Assembly: GCA_964565775.1 (NCBI GenBank)
Contig: CAZMGB010000003.1
Location: forward strand, 30,079 to 94,078
Direction: 5' to 3'
From: an uncultured Dehalococcoidia bacterium
GTDB lineage: Bacteria > Chloroflexota > Dehalococcoidia > DSTF01 > JALHUB01
DNA: 64,000 nucleotides
Part shown: piece by piece, positions 61,159 to 64,000 of the stretch
How the letters are laid out: the number at the start of each line of letters is the position of its first letter
Position numbering within the stretch: the first letter of the stretch is position 1
Program-made: the position numbers and the translations under genes
The notes under the pieces: generated by a model
What the model saw: the letters and a program-made list of their open reading frames with translations, nothing else
Database searches by the model: none
What the model was told of the DNA's origin: nothing

Positions 61159-64000
61159 GCGCCCATCTCCAGTAGCTGGAGAATCCCCTGGACGGGAACC
61201 CGTAGCCAGTTGGGACGGTTGTTCAGTTCGTAGCCGAGCTCGTAGACGGCCTTTTCCAGCAGGAAGGCATCCAGCAATGCCTGCAGGTCATCGCGATTTC
61301 GCGGCAAGAACCCGGCCTCGCCCGCTACCTCGAGGTACCGCTTGAGGAATACGGCGCTGACCCACACGTGCCAGAGCCGCGCCCACGACTCGAGCGACGG
61401 GCGCTCCTCCGCGGCGACCAGGCCACCCTGCTCCTGCCGGAAGAGCGCCGCGTATGCCGCGTAGTGGAACGAGCGAAGCATACCCGCCACGTCCCGCAGG
61501 GGCGATCGCTTGAGCCGACGCTCGCTGAGCGCGCGAGCCGGTTCGCCCTCGAAGTCGATAATGACGAAATCCTTGCCCGTGCAGAGGACCTGCCCCAGGT
61601 GGTAGTCGCCGTGGCAGCGGATGCGCTTGGCCGCAACTGGATGCTCGAGCACGCGCCGGAACCGACCAAGAATCTCCGCCTCCAGGTCAAGCACTCGCGC
61701 TGCCTCGTCCCTTGCAGGCGCCGAAAGCTCCTTCAGCCGGCCTCGCAGGAGCTGGAAGCTCTGGGCCGTGAGCTTACGCATCGACTGATACAGGGACCGG
61801 CGATAGAAGTCGGAGAACGGCTCGGCTCGGAAATCCGGGTTGTCCGGGTCCTGGGCGAGCGCCACATGAAGCTCGGCTGTGCGCTGGCCCAGCAGCTTCG
61901 CCGACTCCAAGTAGGGGCCAATGAGGTCAGCGGCCTCCGCCGGTATCTCTTCCTCAGCCATCAGCAGGAGCGGCTTGTCAGGAACGGGAACCCCTTCCTC
62001 CTCCACCCGCCGCGAGAGGACTTGCTCAAAGTAGCGTGCTACCTCGTCCAGTGTGTACTGCCAGGCGTCCCCTTCGTTGGCAATGAGACCCTGGAGGACG
62101 CCGAGGGTAACAGGCTCAGCGCGCCCCCTTCGATACTCCAGAGCGCCCGCCACCGGCGGTACGTGGGCGAAAGCCGTCTTCTCAGTAAGGAAGCGACCGA
62201 TCTCCAGGTCTGGGTTGGCTCCGGTCTCCGGGCGCCTGAAGAGCTTGAGAATCAGCCGGTCCCCGTAGAGCACCGACGTGTTGCTCTGCTCAGCTTTCAG
62301 GACCGACGGTTGCAGATTTCCCTCGGCCGGGCCGCGGAGCTGCCGGAAGGCCGCGGTCGGCCAGGCGACGAGCTCGCCCGCCGCTCCCTTGAAGTTCCGC
62401 CGGCGGCCGATGGATTGAAGGAGCAGTTCGCAGAATCGACCGTCCCACAGGGCATCGTAGAGAACGCCGCCGCTGCCACCTTCGACCTCGATGCGGACTA
62501 TCGCGGTCTGGGGAATGTCGCTCAGGATCTCCTGAGCGCGATCTTCCGGTGCGAAGGAGAGGGGCAGGACGTAGGTCTCCGGCTCGCCCTCCATGTACTC
62601 GACCCTCACCAGGGCAACATACGATCGCGTCGACTCCCGATTGGCGGACATAGGAACAATGTCGGTTATCGTCGCCGACTGTATCCTGCGCGCCTTGCCG
62701 CCGAACCAGCGGCACGTCCGCAGGTAGGTGGGAAGCGTTGCTTCGAGCCCGGCCTTTGCCCTGCCGCTGAGAACAGCCTCCCAGGTTCCCCTCACTTTTA
62801 TGACGGGCAGTTGCCCCTCCAGCCCGGCGAGTGTCACGGCCTCCGCGCGCTGCTGTTCCAGGGAGAACCAGTAGAATGCGTGGGGCCCCAGCGTGAGGAA
62901 GTACGGTGTCTCGCCGATAGGGGGCAACTCGGTGCGGCCGAACATCTCGACCGGCACCAGCCCTTCGAACTGGGACAGGTCCAGCTCCACACCCTGGACG
63001 AAGCGCGAGAGATTGGCCACGACCAGTATGCACTCGCCGTCGTAGCGGCGGAGGAAGGCCAGAACCTTGCGGCTCTCCGGGTGAAGGAACTCCAGGCTGC
63101 CCCGTCCGAACGCCTTGTGCCGTGTGCGAAGGGCGATGAGACGCTTCGTCCACCACAGAAGCGAGTGGAGGTTGCCCTGCTGAGACTCCGCGTTGACGGT
63201 CTCATAGTGGTACTCAGGGTCGATGATCACGGGCAGATAGAGCTGCTGCGGGTTCGCGCGGGAAAACCCCGCATTCCGGTCGGCGCTCCACTGCATGGGG
63301 GTGCGGACGCCGTTGCGGTCGCCCTGGTATACGTTGTCGCCCATCCCGATCTCGTCCCCGTAGTAGATGACTGGCGTGCCCGGAAGCGAGAAGAGGAGGC
63401 CGTTCATCAACTCGATCCGTCGCCGGTGATTGCCGAGCAAAGGGGCGAGCCGGCGTCGAATGCCGAGGTTGATGCGCGCCTGTGTGTCCTGCGCGTAGGC
63501 GCGGTACATGTAGTCCCTGTCCTCGTCCGTGACCATCTCAAGCGTGAGCTCGTCGTGGTTGCGCAGGAAGAGCGCCCACTGGCAGTTGTCCGGGATAGCG
63601 GGGGTCTGCGTCAGGATCTCGAGAACGGGGAAGCGATCCTCCATGCGGATCGCCATGAACAAGCGCGGCATGAGCGGGAAGTGGAAGGCCATCTGACAGG
63701 CGTCGCCGTCACTGAAATAGGCGACGGCGTCCTCCGGCCACTGATTAGCTTCCGCAAGGAACATCCGGTTCGTGAATCGCTGGTCTACGTGACTTCGCAG
63801 CCGGCGGAGGAACTCGTAGGTCTCGGGAAGGTTCTCGCAGCTCGTCCCCTCCCGTTCGTAGAGGTAAGGGACGGCGTCAAGGCGGACGCCGTCGACGCCC
63901 AGCCTGAGCCAGAAGTCAACCACCCTGAGAACGGCCCGCTCGACGGCCGGATGGTCGTAGTTGAGGTCCGGCTGGTGGGTGTAGAAGCGGTGCCAGTAGT
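61155..64000 (-). CDS. treS: Trehalose synthase fused to maltokinase (TreS-Mak/Pep2), N-terminus beyond window end
   Basis: 'GVDGVRLDAVPYLYEREGTSCENLPETYEFL' (TreS). The C-terminal half carries a kinase motif 'IRCHGDYHLGQVLCTGKDFVIIDFEGEP' (maltokinase). The reading frame continues open upstream of the GTG at 63923 to the window end. Confidence 0.85.
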   Translation of the reverse strand, partial: YWHRFYTHQPDLNYDHPAVERAVLRVVDFWLRLGVDGVRLDAVPYLYEREGTSCENLPETYEFLRRLRSHVDQRFTNRMFLAEANQWPEDAVAYFSDGDACQMAFHFPLMPRLFMAIRMEDRFPVLEILTQTPAIPDNCQWALFLRNHDELTLEMVTDEDRDYMYRAYAQDTQARINLGIRRRLAPLLGNHRRRIELMNGLLFSLPGTPVIYYGDEIGMGDNVYQGDRNGVRTPMQWSADRNAGFSRANPQQLYLPVIIDPEYHYETVNAESQQGNLHSLLWWTKRLIALRTRHKAFGRGSLEFLHPESRKVLAFLRRYDGECILVVANLSRFVQGVELDLSQFEGLVPVEMFGRTELPPIGETPYFLTLGPHAFYWFSLEQQRAEAVTLAGLEGQLPVIKVRGTWEAVLSGRAKAGLEATLPTYLRTCRWFGGKARRIQSATITDIVPMSANRESTRSYVALVRVEYMEGEPETYVLPLSFAPEDRAQEILSDIPQTAIVRIEVEGGSGGVLYDALWDGRFCELLLQSIGRRRNFKGAAGELVAWPTAAFRQLRGPAEGNLQPSVLKAEQSNTSVLYGDRLILKLFRRPETGANPDLEIGRFLTEKTAFAHVPPVAGALEYRRGRAEPVTLGVLQGLIANEGDAWQYTLDEVARYFEQVLSRRVEEEGVPVPDKPLLLMAEEEIPAEAADLIGPYLESAKLLGQRTAELHVALAQDPDNPDFRAEPFSDFYRRSLYQSMRKLTAQSFQLLRGRLKELSAPARDEAARVLDLEAEILGRFRRVLEHPVAAKRIRCHGDYHLGQVLCTGKDFVIIDFEGEPARALSERRLKRSPLRDVAGMLRSFHYAAYAALFRQEQGGLVAAEERPSLESWARLWHVWVSAVFLKRYLEVAGEAGFLPRNRDDLQALLDAFLLEKAVYELGYELNNRPNWLRVPVQGILQLLEMGA

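Overview
High-GC (roughly 65-68%) bacterial window. Positions 1-40.7 kb form an accessory-looking region. A 5'-truncated tyrosine integrase at the left edge is followed by a 45-nt tRNA-3'-half-like sequence (712-756), and the identical 45 nt recur at 40648-40692 at the 3' end of a structured tRNA-like noncoding locus. Between these direct repeats are three groups of genes. (1) A dense ~20-kb cluster of c-type cytochromes: a membrane-anchored heptahaem cytochrome; two paralogous 'multihaem cytochrome c + FdnI/HydC-type dihaem cytochrome b' modules; secreted hexa- and octa-haem cytochromes; and a giant 1389-aa protein that fuses a ~16-haem cytochrome domain to a seven-repeat FG-GAP beta-propeller through Pro/Thr-rich linkers, co-located with TPR and NHL beta-propeller proteins. 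(2) Three HisKA_3/NarL-type two-component systems, one of whose kinases carries a CXXCH haem-c motif, plus two atypical receiver-only proteins. (3) A complete System I cytochrome c maturation operon (ccmEFH-ABCDG plus ccdA) with a CXXXY-variant CcmE and two inserted non-Ccm genes, followed by a rhodanese and cysK. I interpret the whole as a candidate, possibly horizontally acquired, extracellular/periplasmic electron-transfer module that carries its own haem-c maturation machinery. To the right of the tRNA-like locus are ordinary metabolic genes: satP, an acyl-CoA ligase, acs, a cyanophycinase-like/CysRS-C-terminal fusion protein, a quinol-dependent NO reductase, and a minus-strand glycogen/trehalose operon (treY, GH57, treZ, glgB, malQ, treS-mak, the last truncated by the window end). 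Many long antisense ORFs in the track are GC-bias artefacts and were not called.
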